Positions 50,889-61,058 are shown, numbered from the stretch's first letter. The stretch: DNA of 64,000 nt from a virus (IMGVR_UViG_638275541_000001); one strand, 5' to 3'. Numbers and translations are program-made. The notes: generated from the sequence alone by a model not told the origin.

Positions 50889-53123
50889 ATGATTAAGACA
50901 ATTAAAAAATCAAACGGTACAGTAGTAAGCTTTGACCCAGAAAGACTGAATAAGTGGGCATCATGGGCAGATAAGCGTGGAATTATCTGGTCAGAAGTCA
51001 CTATGGAAGCAATGAAACGTGTCTATGAGGGTTGCACTACAAAAGAGATGCACCAAGCCATGATTGATGTTTGTGTTGATAAACAAACTCAAGAGTACTC
51101 AGATATGGCTGGACGACTGCTTCTGGGTATTATCTACAAAGAAGCCTTTGGAGGCTTTACTAAGGTTCCTACACTAGTTACCTTCGTTAAAAATATGGAG
51201 AGAGCAGGACTTTGGGAGAAGATGGACTATTCACAGGAAGAGCTTGAATACCTGCAAGGTTACATCGTACACTCAAAAGATATCTCTTACGGTTATGCAG
51301 TCTTGAAACAGTTCAGAGACAAGTATGGTATCCGTGATATTAAAACGGGAAGACTTTTTGAGTCACCACAATTTATGTTTATGGGTATGGCTATGAAAGC
51401 CTTTGAGAAGCAACCAAAGCACCGTAGACTGCAAGATGTTATCAAGCTGTACACTTACCTATCTGACCTGAAGATTAACGCTCCTACGCCTTATTTAAAC
51501 GGTTTAAGAGCAACTAAATCAGGTTATGCGTCATGCTGTTTGATTAAGGCAAATGATACTGCTGAGTCTCTCGGTATTGCTGCAAAGGTTGCTTATGATA
51601 TGACCACAAAGCAAGCTGGTATTGGTATGCTGATGGAGACACGCACTATTGGTGATGGTATCCGTCAAAATACGATTGAGCACATGGGTAAACTGCCTTA
51701 TTACAAGCTTGTACGTTCATCTGTAGAGGCAAACAAACAGAAGAGCCGTGGTGGTTCAGCTAATAACTTCTACACTGCTCTAGACCCGCAGATTGAAGAT
51801 TTACTGCGTTTGAAGCACCCTACAACGGTTCCTTCTAAACGTATTAATGAGATGGACTACTCATTCGGCACAAACGATTATTTCTGGCAGTGTGTTCAGT
51901 ATGATACAGATTGGTTGCTATTCTCTTACAAAGATGCACCAAAACTCTATGACATGTTCTACACAGCATCTGCTGATGAGTTTGCTATGGCAGTTGGTCA
52001 CGCAGTACATTCAGGAGTTAAGCACAGACGAGTAAAGGCTCGTGAAATTGCTAAGCTGTTTATTCAACAGCGTTATGCTACAGGTCGTGTGTATCCATTC
52101 TTCACAAATAATGCGAACACACATACACCATTTAAAGAACCATTGAAGATGTCAAATCTTTGTATGGAAATTGTATTGCCAGTGTATGGTTTTGAGAAAG
52201 AGACAGACCTTTACAGAGACGATGCTGTGAAAGAGGATGGTGAGGTGGCTCTTTGCTTCCTAGCTAGTTTGGTTGCAGGGAGAATTTCAGAAGATGAATA
52301 CGCTGACGTTGCTTATTATGCTCTTGCAATGGTTGACTCCGTTATTGACCTTATGGATTATCCGTATCCGTCGATGCGCAACCATGTTCAGAAGCGTCGT
52401 TCTGTTGGGATTGGCCTTACAAATGTGGCTCATTACCTTGCGAAGAACTACGTGAACTACTCTTCACGAGCAGGTAAAACAAAACTTCATGAACTGGCAG
52501 AGATGCACTCTTACTATCTGCATGAAGCCTCTCTGAGACTTGCTAAAGAACGTGGCGTGCCAGAGTACATGAAGTTCACTAAGTATCCTGAAGGCTGGGT
52601 TCCTCCAAAGACAGCTAACAAGAAGATTGATGAAAAGCATGATGCAAAACTAAGATATGATTGGGATGACTTAGCACAACGTATCAAAGAAAATGGTGGA
52701 ATCCGAAACTCTGTATTAGAAGCTTACATGCCTAATGAGAGTTCTTCACTAGCAACTAATACGACAAATGGCTTGTACCCAATTCGTGACTTTATTTTAA
52801 CTAAAAAGTCTGCAACTGGTAACGTACTGTTTATTGTTCCAGATTATGAAGAGTTGAAGTATGTCTATGAAATTGCTTGGGATATCGACACCTTTGATAT
52901 GATTGATTGTTATGCAATTGTTCAAAAGTTCACTGGTCAAGCTATCTCTTCAGACTTCTATGTTGACTATGCAAAGTCTAAGAAGGTATCATTGGCTCAA
53001 GCTCTGAAGTACATGATTTATGCCAACTCGGTAGGTATGAAAACCATGTACTACCTTAACAGTCGCATTGGTGTAGGTAAATCTGCACTGCAAGATGCTT
53101 ATTGCGAGGGTTGTGGTGTTTAG
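50889..53123 (+). CDS. nrdA: ribonucleotide reductase class Ia large subunit
   Basis: 744 aa; N-terminal ATP-cone-like region; catalytic-site region NLCMEIVLP; followed by nrdB. Confidence 0.8.
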   Translation: MIKTIKKSNGTVVSFDPERLNKWASWADKRGIIWSEVTMEAMKRVYEGCTTKEMHQAMIDVCVDKQTQEYSDMAGRLLLGIIYKEAFGGFTKVPTLVTFVKNMERAGLWEKMDYSQEELEYLQGYIVHSKDISYGYAVLKQFRDKYGIRDIKTGRLFESPQFMFMGMAMKAFEKQPKHRRLQDVIKLYTYLSDLKINAPTPYLNGLRATKSGYASCCLIKANDTAESLGIAAKVAYDMTTKQAGIGMLMETRTIGDGIRQNTIEHMGKLPYYKLVRSSVEANKQKSRGGSANNFYTALDPQIEDLLRLKHPTTVPSKRINEMDYSFGTNDYFWQCVQYDTDWLLFSYKDAPKLYDMFYTASADEFAMAVGHAVHSGVKHRRVKAREIAKLFIQQRYATGRVYPFFTNNANTHTPFKEPLKMSNLCMEIVLPVYGFEKETDLYRDDAVKEDGEVALCFLASLVAGRISEDEYADVAYYALAMVDSVIDLMDYPYPSMRNHVQKRRSVGIGLTNVAHYLAKNYVNYSSRAGKTKLHELAEMHSYYLHEASLRLAKERGVPEYMKFTKYPEGWVPPKTANKKIDEKHDAKLRYDWDDLAQRIKENGGIRNSVLEAYMPNESSSLATNTTNGLYPIRDFILTKKSATGNVLFIVPDYEELKYVYEIAWDIDTFDMIDCYAIVQKFTGQAISSDFYVDYAKSKKVSLAQALKYMIYANSVGMKTMYYLNSRIGVGKSALQDAYCEGCGV

Positions 53124-53178
53124 TTTTAACAACTATGAGGGTCGTAAAAGACCCTCTAAAAATAACTTTGGAGAGACT

Positions 53179-53436
53179 ATGAAAGACTTAATAGAAAAAC
53201 ATGAGCGACCAATATACTTGCTCTACAAACCCCGCAAAACATTGTACTACGTGAGTAGCACAGGTATCATGATAAAGCAGAATGATGACTTATGGGTCAC
53301 TGGAGCCTCTTACATCTCCACAGTAGATGGTAAAATCTATGCAAGACCTTATGAGATGTTTAACAAAGAAAATTGGGAAGTTTTAGACAGAAAACAAGCC
53401 TCAGAAATGATAAAGAAAGGAGAAATCACGCTATGA
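53179..53436 (+). CDS. small hypothetical protein between nrdA and nrdB
   Basis: 85 aa from ATG with RBS GGAGAG; track ORF begins earlier inside nrdA. Confidence 0.35.
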   Translation: MKDLIEKHERPIYLLYKPRKTLYYVSSTGIMIKQNDDLWVTGASYISTVDGKIYARPYEMFNKENWEVLDRKQASEMIKKGEITL

Positions 53437-54506
53437 TTAACCAGCACCCAATCTTTTTAGGTGGTGAGAGAAAAACTTTTGACTCACTTAATAAACACTA
53501 CCCAAAAATCTTTGAGCTTTATAAACAACAAAAAGCGCAAGATTGGTCAGAAGATGAGTTCCCTTTTGAACAATCACGTCTTGATTTTGAGAGTGTCCCA
53601 GCATCAATGTCAGGTGTAATGCTTGAGATTCTTAAGTGGCAATGGGAAGCAGACACTCAAGTTGCTAAGAGCTTGGCATTTGCCTTTGCACCCTTTATCT
53701 CTGATGACATCTATGCAACTGCGATTATGAAGCAGTCTGAGATTGAAAACCTACACGCTCTTACTTACTCAGAGATTGTAAGACAATGTATTAAAAACCC
53801 TGAAACAATCTTAGATGAGATTAACCAGAATGTTGCTGTGCAAGACCGATTAAAAACTGTGAATCGTGTTCTTGAAGAGTTACTGGATGAAGGTATAAAC
53901 TACCGACTGAGTTATGTTCGTGACTCACTTCTGGACAAAGACCCTTTACACTTCCATAAAGTGATTCTGAAAGGGCTATTTGCAGTGACTGCACTTGAAG
54001 GTATATCTTTTATGGCATCCTTTGCATGTACCTTTGCACTTGATGCTCAAGATAAATTTCAGGGTATTGCTCAAGCTGTCCAGAAAATTATGCTTGACGA
54101 AATCCTTCACACTAAAATTGATATTGAAGTTTTAAAAGAAACTTTAAGAGATGATGAGTGGCAGAAAGCTTTTCAACAAATTCTTCCAGAGATTAAAGTA
54201 ATCTTAGATGAAGTAGTTGAAAGTGAAGAGAAATGGTCGTATTATATCTTCTCCGAAGGACGTGCTGTAGTTGGCTTAAATACAAAGCTTCTTCATGAGT
54301 GGGTTTACTATAATGCTGCCCCACTGTATGATATGTTTGGCATTCCCAGAGATTTTGTAGCTCCTAAAGAACCACCTTTGAAGTACATGATTAAGAAGAT
54401 GGAAATTGATAAAGAGCAGAATGCTAATCAGGAGCAACAGAACGGTGCGTACCTATTGAATACTGTTGTAGATGATTTGAATAGTGGATTTTTAGAGGTT
54501 CCTTAA
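53433..54506 (+). CDS. nrdB: ribonucleotide reductase class Ia small subunit
   Basis: ferritin-like iron-ligand regions (ALEGISFMASFA, MLDEILHTKI); RBS AAGGAGAAA; start moved to Met21. Confidence 0.75.
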   Translation: MINQHPIFLGGERKTFDSLNKHYPKIFELYKQQKAQDWSEDEFPFEQSRLDFESVPASMSGVMLEILKWQWEADTQVAKSLAFAFAPFISDDIYATAIMKQSEIENLHALTYSEIVRQCIKNPETILDEINQNVAVQDRLKTVNRVLEELLDEGINYRLSYVRDSLLDKDPLHFHKVILKGLFAVTALEGISFMASFACTFALDAQDKFQGIAQAVQKIMLDEILHTKIDIEVLKETLRDDEWQKAFQQILPEIKVILDEVVESEEKWSYYIFSEGRAVVGLNTKLLHEWVYYNAAPLYDMFGIPRDFVAPKEPPLKYMIKKMEIDKEQNANQEQQNGAYLLNTVVDDLNSGFLEVP

Positions 54507-54748
54507 TGACTTATGTAATTTACTCCAAAACTGGATGCCCTCAATGTGAGACTGCAAAGAATTTTGCAAAAGCTCGTGGTATTGAACATGTTGTGAGAAT
54601 GTTAGGACAGGACTATGAGCTATCAGACCTGATGGATATTGCACAGATGCCAGTTCGTCAGATGCCATTCATCATGAAAACTGATGGGCAAAACCTAAAA
54701 CCTGTTGGAACGCTACAGAATTTTATGGCAGAGGTGAATAATGCTTAA
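54506..54748 (+). CDS. glutaredoxin/NrdH-like redoxin
   Basis: 80 aa; active-site CPQC near N-terminus. Confidence 0.65.
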   Translation: MTYVIYSKTGCPQCETAKNFAKARGIEHVVRMLGQDYELSDLMDIAQMPVRQMPFIMKTDGQNLKPVGTLQNFMAEVNNA

Positions 54749-54947
54749 ACGCCTTTGGGAAGGTTTGGTTGTTGATGCACCAGCTATTGTGATTGGTATG
54801 CTTATTGTTAACCTATTTACTGACTTTGAACAAGGTTCATTGTTTGGAGCTATGTTACTATGGGTTATCTTTGAAATATTAGAGATACAGTTAGGTATAA
54901 CTGAAAAACTAAGAGAACTCTTTTCGAAGTTTTCTAAAAAGATTTAA
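54741..54947 (+). CDS. small membrane protein
   Basis: 68 aa; two hydrophobic segments. Confidence 0.4.
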   Translation: MLKRLWEGLVVDAPAIVIGMLIVNLFTDFEQGSLFGAMLLWVIFEILEIQLGITEKLRELFSKFSKKI

Positions 54948-54952
54948 AATGA

Positions 54953-54976
54953 AAGGGTCTCTTCGGAGACCTTTTT
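54953..54976 (+). terminator. rho-independent terminator
   Basis: GGGTCTC-TTCG-GAGACC followed by TTTTT. Confidence 0.6.
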
Positions 54977-54995
54977 AGCATGTAAAGGGGCAATA

Positions 54996-57140
54996 ATGAA
55001 CAAAGTACAGATTATTAAAAAGAACGGCTCACTTGAAGAACCTGATATCAAAAAAGTTTTAGCAGCAGTCACAAAGTCAGCTAACAGAGTTGGTTATAAA
55101 GAGCTTCCACCAGATGTTACTCAAGCTCTTGAGTCAGCATTTATGAGGATTCTGGTAAAGTCCACTAAGCAGAATAATTTACTCATTTCAGTAAATGATA
55201 TTCACAGTATTGTTGAGGGTGCTTTGGCAGAAGTCAATCACGAGATTTATGAGTCTTACTCAACATATAGAAATTACCGTAAAGAAGTTGCTCAGAATTG
55301 GGATGAACTCTACCAGAAGACCAAAGATACACTCTTCTTAGGTGACCGAGAAAACGCTAATTTTGACAGCAGTTTAATTTCTACAAAAGGTTCAATTATT
55401 CGTGGTTATCTGACTAAAGAAATCTTTAAACAGTACCATTTAACACCAGAGGAACTTGAAGCCATTGAAAAAGGGTTTATCTATATCCATGATTTAAGAG
55501 ACCTAATTTTTGGTGGTATCAACTGTTGCCTGTTTGACATTGGTAAAGTACTGAAAGGTGGCTTTGAAATGTCTGGCATCGAATATTGTGAACCAAAGTC
55601 TGTGCTGTCGGCCTTACAGGTTATTGGTGACGTAGTTCTTTCAGCAACTGCACAGCAATTTGGTGGTTTTACTTTAGCAGAGATTGATAAGGTACTCGTA
55701 CCGTATGCTAAGAAATCTCTACGCTATCATGCTGAGAAAGCAGCCTCTTATGGTATTCCTAAAGAACATTACCACAATTATGTCATGGAGCAGCTACAGA
55801 TTGAACTGACTCAAGGTTTCCAGTCACTTGAAATGAAACTAAACACTGTACCTTGTAGTCGTGGGGATTTTGCATTCACAACTTTGACATTCGGGTTACT
55901 TGACTCAGATATGTCCAATGAAGATAACAGACTGCAATACATGATTGCGAGTACTCTCCTAGATGTTCGTATGAATGGACAAGGTAAGAGCAAGAAGCCT
56001 GTTGTATTTCCTAAACTGGTTTATATTTATGACCAGAAGAGACACGATGAGAATATCTGTCAAGGACACCTGTACAGTAAAGCTATTGAGTGTTGCTCTA
56101 AAGCTATGTATCCAGATTTCTTAAGTGTATCTGGACATGGTGCTGTAGCAGAGGTTTTTGAGCGTTCTGGCAAGGTAATTTCCCCGATGGGTTGCAGAGC
56201 TTTCTTATCTCCATATTTTAACGAGAATGGGGAAGAGTTCTACGTTGGTCGTGCTAACATTGGTGCTGTATCTTTGAACTTACCAATGATTTACCAGTAT
56301 TCTAAAGAGAATGGCTTAGATTTCTGGAAAGAGCTTGATAAGTACCTAGAGATGATTCGCAGCTTCCACAAGAAGCGTTACGAAATGATTGCTAATATGC
56401 CAGCAAGTTCTAACCCTCTTGCATTCACACAAGGTGGTCTGTACAAAGGCAATAAGAAACCTACTGACAAGGTTGGCTGGGATATCGTGAAGTCCTTCAC
56501 AGCTTCTTTTGGGGTTACTGCGCTTGATGAGCTAGCTGTTCTTGCTGAAGGTAAACGACTTCATGAAGTTGGAAGCTGTAGTTTTGCATATGATGTTCTG
56601 GAATATATCAACATGAAGACTGAAGAGTTTAAAAATGAAGATGGCTTCTTATATGCAGTCTATGGCACTCCAGCAGAATCACTTTGTGGAACTCAGCTAA
56701 AACAGTTCAGAGATATGTTTGGCGTTATCAAAGGCGTTTCTGACAAGGAATACTTTACAAACAGCTTCCATATGAATGTTGCAGCAGACATTACACCATT
56801 TGAGAAGCAGGACTTAGAAGAACCCTTCTTCCATATCTGTAGAGGCGGCAGAATCCAGTATGTAAGAGTGGCTAATCCAGAAAACTTATCAGCACTTAAG
56901 GGTTGTATTACAAGAGGGATGTTGAAAGGTTTCTATCAAGGTCTTAACTTTGACTTAGCAATCTGTGAACACTGTGGTAACAGACCAAAGGCTGATGTTG
57001 AAGAATGTGAGGTTTGCCATTCACATGATATCTCTGTGATTAACAGGGTGTGCGGATATCTGGGATGGACTAAGATTAAAGGCGAATCCCGAATGAATGA
57101 TGCAAAAATCGCTGAGATTCGTGACAGAATTTCTATGTAA
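54996..57140 (+). CDS. nrdD: anaerobic ribonucleotide reductase (class III)
   Basis: 714 aa; C-terminal Cys cluster CEHCG...CEVCH and glycyl-radical-type NRVCGYLGW. Confidence 0.8.
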   Translation: MNKVQIIKKNGSLEEPDIKKVLAAVTKSANRVGYKELPPDVTQALESAFMRILVKSTKQNNLLISVNDIHSIVEGALAEVNHEIYESYSTYRNYRKEVAQNWDELYQKTKDTLFLGDRENANFDSSLISTKGSIIRGYLTKEIFKQYHLTPEELEAIEKGFIYIHDLRDLIFGGINCCLFDIGKVLKGGFEMSGIEYCEPKSVLSALQVIGDVVLSATAQQFGGFTLAEIDKVLVPYAKKSLRYHAEKAASYGIPKEHYHNYVMEQLQIELTQGFQSLEMKLNTVPCSRGDFAFTTLTFGLLDSDMSNEDNRLQYMIASTLLDVRMNGQGKSKKPVVFPKLVYIYDQKRHDENICQGHLYSKAIECCSKAMYPDFLSVSGHGAVAEVFERSGKVISPMGCRAFLSPYFNENGEEFYVGRANIGAVSLNLPMIYQYSKENGLDFWKELDKYLEMIRSFHKKRYEMIANMPASSNPLAFTQGGLYKGNKKPTDKVGWDIVKSFTASFGVTALDELAVLAEGKRLHEVGSCSFAYDVLEYINMKTEEFKNEDGFLYAVYGTPAESLCGTQLKQFRDMFGVIKGVSDKEYFTNSFHMNVAADITPFEKQDLEEPFFHICRGGRIQYVRVANPENLSALKGCITRGMLKGFYQGLNFDLAICEHCGNRPKADVEECEVCHSHDISVINRVCGYLGWTKIKGESRMNDAKIAEIRDRISM

Positions 57141-57149
57141 AACTTGACA

Positions 57150-57188
57150 AGGTGATGTGGGTCTTGATAGGCTTGCATCACCTTTTTA
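57150..57188 (+). terminator. rho-independent terminator after nrdD
   Basis: AGGTGATG...CATCACCT hairpin followed by TTTTT. Confidence 0.55.
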
Positions 57189-57294
57189 TGTGGATGTTAG
57201 ATATGGCAGATAGTATTATTGGGTTGTTCATCGGTTCTGTCTTACTAGGGTTCTTTTTAGGACTCTCTTATTGTGAATTGAGAGATAATTTAAA

Positions 57295-57495
57295 ATGTTT
57301 AAAATACCAAAAACGATGATATACATACTTCACATTCTAATCTTCTTCTTTGGGGTTAGTGTTATGGTATGGGGCTTTTCAGACCCACAATGGAGTTTCT
57401 CATATCATGGTCAGATGGACTTATGGTCATGCTTCAAACCATTTTTAGGGTTAGCTATAGCATTCAGTGCATTACCAACTAAGGTGAAATTATGA
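57295..57495 (+). CDS. small membrane protein
   Basis: 66 aa; hydrophobic N-terminus. Confidence 0.35.
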   Translation: MFKIPKTMIYILHILIFFFGVSVMVWGFSDPQWSFSYHGQMDLWSCFKPFLGLAIAFSALPTKVKL

Positions 57496-57887
57496 TTAAG
57501 TTAAGCCAAAAACAATTAGAGTGGATTAAAGATTACGCCTCAGAGTGTGGCTCTTGCGAAAAGAATCACGTAAGATACTCAACATTCCATACGACCTTCA
57601 CACTGTATATCGGTGAAAATGTTCTAAGTGATTCTGTAGAAGATGGTGTAGCATTGCCTAATGAATTACTTGATAAACTAGCTGTAGTCTCTGGAACTTG
57701 GTCTGAGGAAGATGGTCACGAGCTATCTGACGATGTTGTCTTCTACACCCTTGAAAACATCATGAACCCAGAGTACATTATGCTAATGACTTGCGCACAA
57801 GATTGTGTACCATTACAAAACTTCATTAAAGAGCACTGTGAAGAATTTATTACTAAACAGGTTCCCTGTCAGGTGGTGTTTGAATGA
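57492..57887 (+). CDS. hypothetical protein
   Basis: 131-aa ORF between nrdD and nrdG. Confidence 0.4.
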   Translation: MIKLSQKQLEWIKDYASECGSCEKNHVRYSTFHTTFTLYIGENVLSDSVEDGVALPNELLDKLAVVSGTWSEEDGHELSDDVVFYTLENIMNPEYIMLMTCAQDCVPLQNFIKEHCEEFITKQVPCQVVFE

Positions 57888-57946
57888 GTAAAACAATTCG
57901 AAGAAAAGGTTTAAAGAACGTTCATATGTATTGGTGAGGTAACTAG

Positions 57947-58432
57947 ATGAATTACATGGAGATTAGACCATTTGATACAGCTAATGGTGAAGGGGTTCGT
58001 GTAAGCCTCTTCGTAGCTGGTTGTAAGCATCACTGTGAAGGCTGCTTTAACAGGGAGTCTTGGAAGTTTAATGCTGGTAAAGAGTTTACTTATGCAAACC
58101 TTTACGGGATTCTAAGACTTTTGGAAGATGATTCTTTAAGTGGATTATCTATTCTTGGTGGAGAACCACTAGATGACCGTAACGTTGAAGAGGTCACAAA
58201 GATTTGCCAGAAGGTAAAGTCTATCTACCCAGAAAAATCTATCTGGCTCTGGACAGGTTTTCAGTTACACGAAAAAATTCACCTAGATGTGATGAAATAT
58301 GTTGACGTGGTGATTGATGGTAAGTATGATTCATCTAAACCAACAGTTAAACCATATCGTGGTTCTGATAACCAAAACCTCTGGAGAAAAGAGTATGGGT
58401 GGCAAGGTGATTGTCAGTGGAGAGCCGAGTAA
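57947..58432 (+). CDS. nrdG: anaerobic RNR activating enzyme (radical SAM)
   Basis: 161 aa; CKHHCEGCFN matches CxxxCxxC radical-SAM cluster motif. Confidence 0.75.
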   Translation: MNYMEIRPFDTANGEGVRVSLFVAGCKHHCEGCFNRESWKFNAGKEFTYANLYGILRLLEDDSLSGLSILGGEPLDDRNVEEVTKICQKVKSIYPEKSIWLWTGFQLHEKIHLDVMKYVDVVIDGKYDSSKPTVKPYRGSDNQNLWRKEYGWQGDCQWRAE

Positions 58433-58469
58433 GTCTCGTCGTAGAGTAGGTTACGGAAAAGGTGAGATA

Positions 58470-58772
58470 ATGGTTCTTTCTTTTAACAGTGCTTTATTAG
58501 GTACTTACAAAGTTAAGACCGAACTCCTTGATGAATGGAGAAAGTATACAAACTCACTTTTCGGTAATGTTGGAATGGAAGCCTTAGCAGAGATTGAGAA
58601 GGCTGGAACATTTGAAGTTGTCGGTAAAGGTCACTACACAATGTTCTACAAAACAAATTTAAACGTTGGTGACAGTATTGTTGGTGTCACTGAAGAAGAA
58701 CTTAAAACATTTTGTGAAAAGATTGAGAGAGATACGAAATGGGACTCTGGAACAGTTTTAAATCAAAAGTAA
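58470..58772 (+). CDS. hypothetical protein
   Basis: start moved to ATG with RBS AGGTG downstream of nrdG stop; track ORF 58314-58772 overlaps nrdG in another frame. Confidence 0.4.
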   Translation: MVLSFNSALLGTYKVKTELLDEWRKYTNSLFGNVGMEALAEIEKAGTFEVVGKGHYTMFYKTNLNVGDSIVGVTEEELKTFCEKIERDTKWDSGTVLNQK

Positions 58773-58996
58773 AAGCAGCACTAGCTTCATTAGGTATGCT
58801 CACTGGTGTTGATGTGACTCATCTTATGCAGAACTTTAAGATGGATGAGAAGCTGGCTAATGAGATTATGAAAAGTATCTATGTAGGCCGTGGTAAAGGT
58901 GGTAAGAAACAAGCCCACCGTCCGTCTGGTGCAGCAGCTATTAAACGAGCAGCTAAGAAAGCTCGTAACCGTAAACGTAATAAGAAGGCTAAATAA
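58739..58996 (+). CDS. small protein with highly basic C-terminal tail
   Basis: 85 aa; C-terminus GRGKGGKKQAHRPSGAAAIKRAAKKARNRKRNKKAK. Confidence 0.4.
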   Translation: MGLWNSFKSKVKAALASLGMLTGVDVTHLMQNFKMDEKLANEIMKSIYVGRGKGGKKQAHRPSGAAAIKRAAKKARNRKRNKKAK

Positions 58997-58998
58997 TC

Positions 58999-59319
58999 AT
59001 GAGCAAAGTTTATAACACTCGCAAATTACAGATTTTCGTACTGTGCCAGTTTATGGCTAAAGAATATAACTTCTACTATTGTGGTACAGGTTTTATTAGT
59101 GATGATGATGGTTCATATCTACCATTTAAAGAAGCTGTGAAGCTCTTTAATGAAGAGAAAAACTCTAAGAAAGATATTGAAAAGGTTAAGCTAACCTACA
59201 GCAAGAAAGATAAGAAGATTATCTGCCTAGATAACTTTGTAAAAGTTACTGGAGAAGCAAAAGAGTTTATGGATGAGAGTGAGATTTCATTCACAAGCAT
59301 CTTGAAAGTAGCTCAGTAA
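58999..59319 (+). CDS. hypothetical protein
   Basis: 106-aa ORF. Confidence 0.4.
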   Translation: MSKVYNTRKLQIFVLCQFMAKEYNFYYCGTGFISDDDGSYLPFKEAVKLFNEEKNSKKDIEKVKLTYSKKDKKIICLDNFVKVTGEAKEFMDESEISFTSILKVAQ

Positions 59320-59331
59320 ACAGATACTATA

Positions 59332-59357
59332 AGGGAACTGTAAAGGTTCCCTTTTTA
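59332..59357 (+). terminator. rho-independent terminator
   Basis: AGGGAAC...GTTCCCT hairpin followed by TTTTT. Confidence 0.6.
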
Positions 59358-59370
59358 TTTTGGAGATAAA

Positions 59371-59886
59371 ATGTATCTGTCAAACCTGAAACGTTCGGCT
59401 GCAATGTCAGTCCTAAGACTCAGCTTTGAGGAACGTCAAGAGTTCATTGACTCCCACCAATACGACCCTTCTAACTCGAATCACATGGTTCTTTGGAATC
59501 GTGATAACTTCCGTGAAAGAGCACTTGTCCGTTATTACCCACACTACACAATAGATAACCTGTATGAATGGTGTGTTGTGAAGAACACTATTGCAACACT
59601 GAACAATCTTTGCAGGTATACAGGTAAGCAAGCATTTACATTAGGCCACCACAAACCTGTTACAAAGGGTGGTGAGCATCACTGTGCAAACTGGTTTATC
59701 CAGACTAGACTTGATAACCAGAGGCAAGGGGATAGACTTTTAAGTACCCCTAAGATGACCTACGAAGAGCAAGAGAAATATATCAAAAATAATATGCCAG
59801 ATGTGCTTGACAACAACTATACAGATTTGGCAATATCTCTCCTGTTGAAGTTCGAGACAGTTTATAGGGCAACTTATAATGGCTAA
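59371..59886 (+). CDS. HNH endonuclease
   Basis: 171 aa; LGHHKPVTKGGEHHCANWFIQTRLDNQRQG matches HNH core. Confidence 0.6.
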   Translation: MYLSNLKRSAAMSVLRLSFEERQEFIDSHQYDPSNSNHMVLWNRDNFRERALVRYYPHYTIDNLYEWCVVKNTIATLNNLCRYTGKQAFTLGHHKPVTKGGEHHCANWFIQTRLDNQRQGDRLLSTPKMTYEEQEKYIKNNMPDVLDNNYTDLAISLLLKFETVYRATYNG

Positions 59887-60157
59887 AGAGAAGTGGGAGA
59901 TTTTACCATTAGTCAGTGAAGGCGGTAATGGTTGTGAAATGTACATGATACGTGGTCATGTTCCAGAACCAATTGCACTTGAGATGGTAAACAACTTTAC
60001 AGATGGCTCTTACAAAGACTTAGGGGAGCCAACTATAAAGCAGCAATGGGTAAAGCCTGTACCAGACAGCACAGGTAACTGTAGTGTACTTTATCACGTT
60101 GTAGACCCTGCAAAATGCAAATCTGCAATGGCAGTAACAAACGTAACTTTTGATTGA
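59879..60157 (+). CDS. hypothetical protein
   Basis: 92-aa ORF. Confidence 0.35.
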   Translation: MAKEKWEILPLVSEGGNGCEMYMIRGHVPEPIALEMVNNFTDGSYKDLGEPTIKQQWVKPVPDSTGNCSVLYHVVDPAKCKSAMAVTNVTFD

Positions 60158-60168
60158 GAGAGAAAACT

Positions 60169-61050
60169 ATGAAAACTGTTATTGAAGCCGTCGTCACCGC
60201 ACAAGAGAAATTCTTCCACACAGAAAAATTTAATATCATTCAATTCCCATCTGGAGAAATTGGTGGAAACTTCTCTGAAGATTTTGTTAAGTTTACTGAG
60301 CGTAATGCTGGTAAGATTGATAATGTTATAATTACTGTACAGGGATATGACAAAGATACACTGTTTGCATTAGCTTTGGCTAAGGATGCCGTTGACAGTC
60401 TTGTTCCCCAGAAATCAGCGATGAAAACCGTTGTTTTCGGGTTCTTACCAAATGCTCGATATGACCGCCACATGTTCAAAGGTGATGCAGCAGCACTGAA
60501 AGTCTTTGCCAACCTAGTTAATGCAATGGGCTTTGATGCAGTATGTGCTCTTGACCCTCACAGCAATGTTGCAGAAAACTTATTTAAGTGCTTTCAGAGC
60601 ATGAAGCAAAAAGATGTGGCAGTCCACTATGCAAATGACCCTCTGATTGATTACTTAGTAGCCCCAGATGCAGGTGCTTCTAAGAAGATTGCAGAGACTG
60701 CTAAAGAGGTGGATAAACCATACATCACAATGTCTAAAGTGCGCAACCTTAAGACTGGTGAAATTACTGGTATGCGAATCCTTGATGATGTTGATTTGAC
60801 AGATAAAACCGTCATGATTCTGGATGATATCTGTGATGGTGGTCGAACCTTCGTAGAAGCAGCAAAACATCTTCGTGAAGCAGGTGCAAAACGTGTGGAA
60901 CTTTATGTAACACATGGTATCTTCTCTAAAGATGTTGAAAACCTTCTTGACAATGGTATCGACCATATTTACACTACAAACTCTTTAGGCGAAGCTAAAG
61001 ACCGTGGCTTAACACATTACAGTCAAGTTACTGTAGCAAATTTGGATTAG
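60169..61050 (+). CDS. ribose-phosphate pyrophosphokinase-like enzyme (PRPS family; candidate ADP-ribose pyrophosphokinase of an NAD+ reconstitution pathway)
   Basis: ~293 aa from ATG with RBS GAGAGAG; phosphoribosyltransferase-type fold signatures (VAPDAGASKK, MILDDICDGGRTF); paired with NAMPT-like gene downstream. Confidence 0.6.
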   Translation: MKTVIEAVVTAQEKFFHTEKFNIIQFPSGEIGGNFSEDFVKFTERNAGKIDNVIITVQGYDKDTLFALALAKDAVDSLVPQKSAMKTVVFGFLPNARYDRHMFKGDAAALKVFANLVNAMGFDAVCALDPHSNVAENLFKCFQSMKQKDVAVHYANDPLIDYLVAPDAGASKKIAETAKEVDKPYITMSKVRNLKTGEITGMRILDDVDLTDKTVMILDDICDGGRTFVEAAKHLREAGAKRVELYVTHGIFSKDVENLLDNGIDHIYTTNSLGEAKDRGLTHYSQVTVANLD

Positions 61051-61058
61051 GTATTAAA

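Noticed and set aside
38617-57140. Group I introns or inteins in DNA polymerase, thyA, nrdA, nrdB, nrdD
   Set aside because: Each gene is a single uninterrupted ORF of normal length with catalytic motifs in order; free-standing endonuclease genes lie beside, not inside, these genes.
57144-57173. TTGACA hexamer after nrdD that first looked like a promoter -35
   Set aside because: The hexamer is part of the 5' arm of a hairpin (AGGTGATG...CATCACCT) followed by a T-run, so it is better read as the nrdD terminator; no acceptable -10 at the right spacing.
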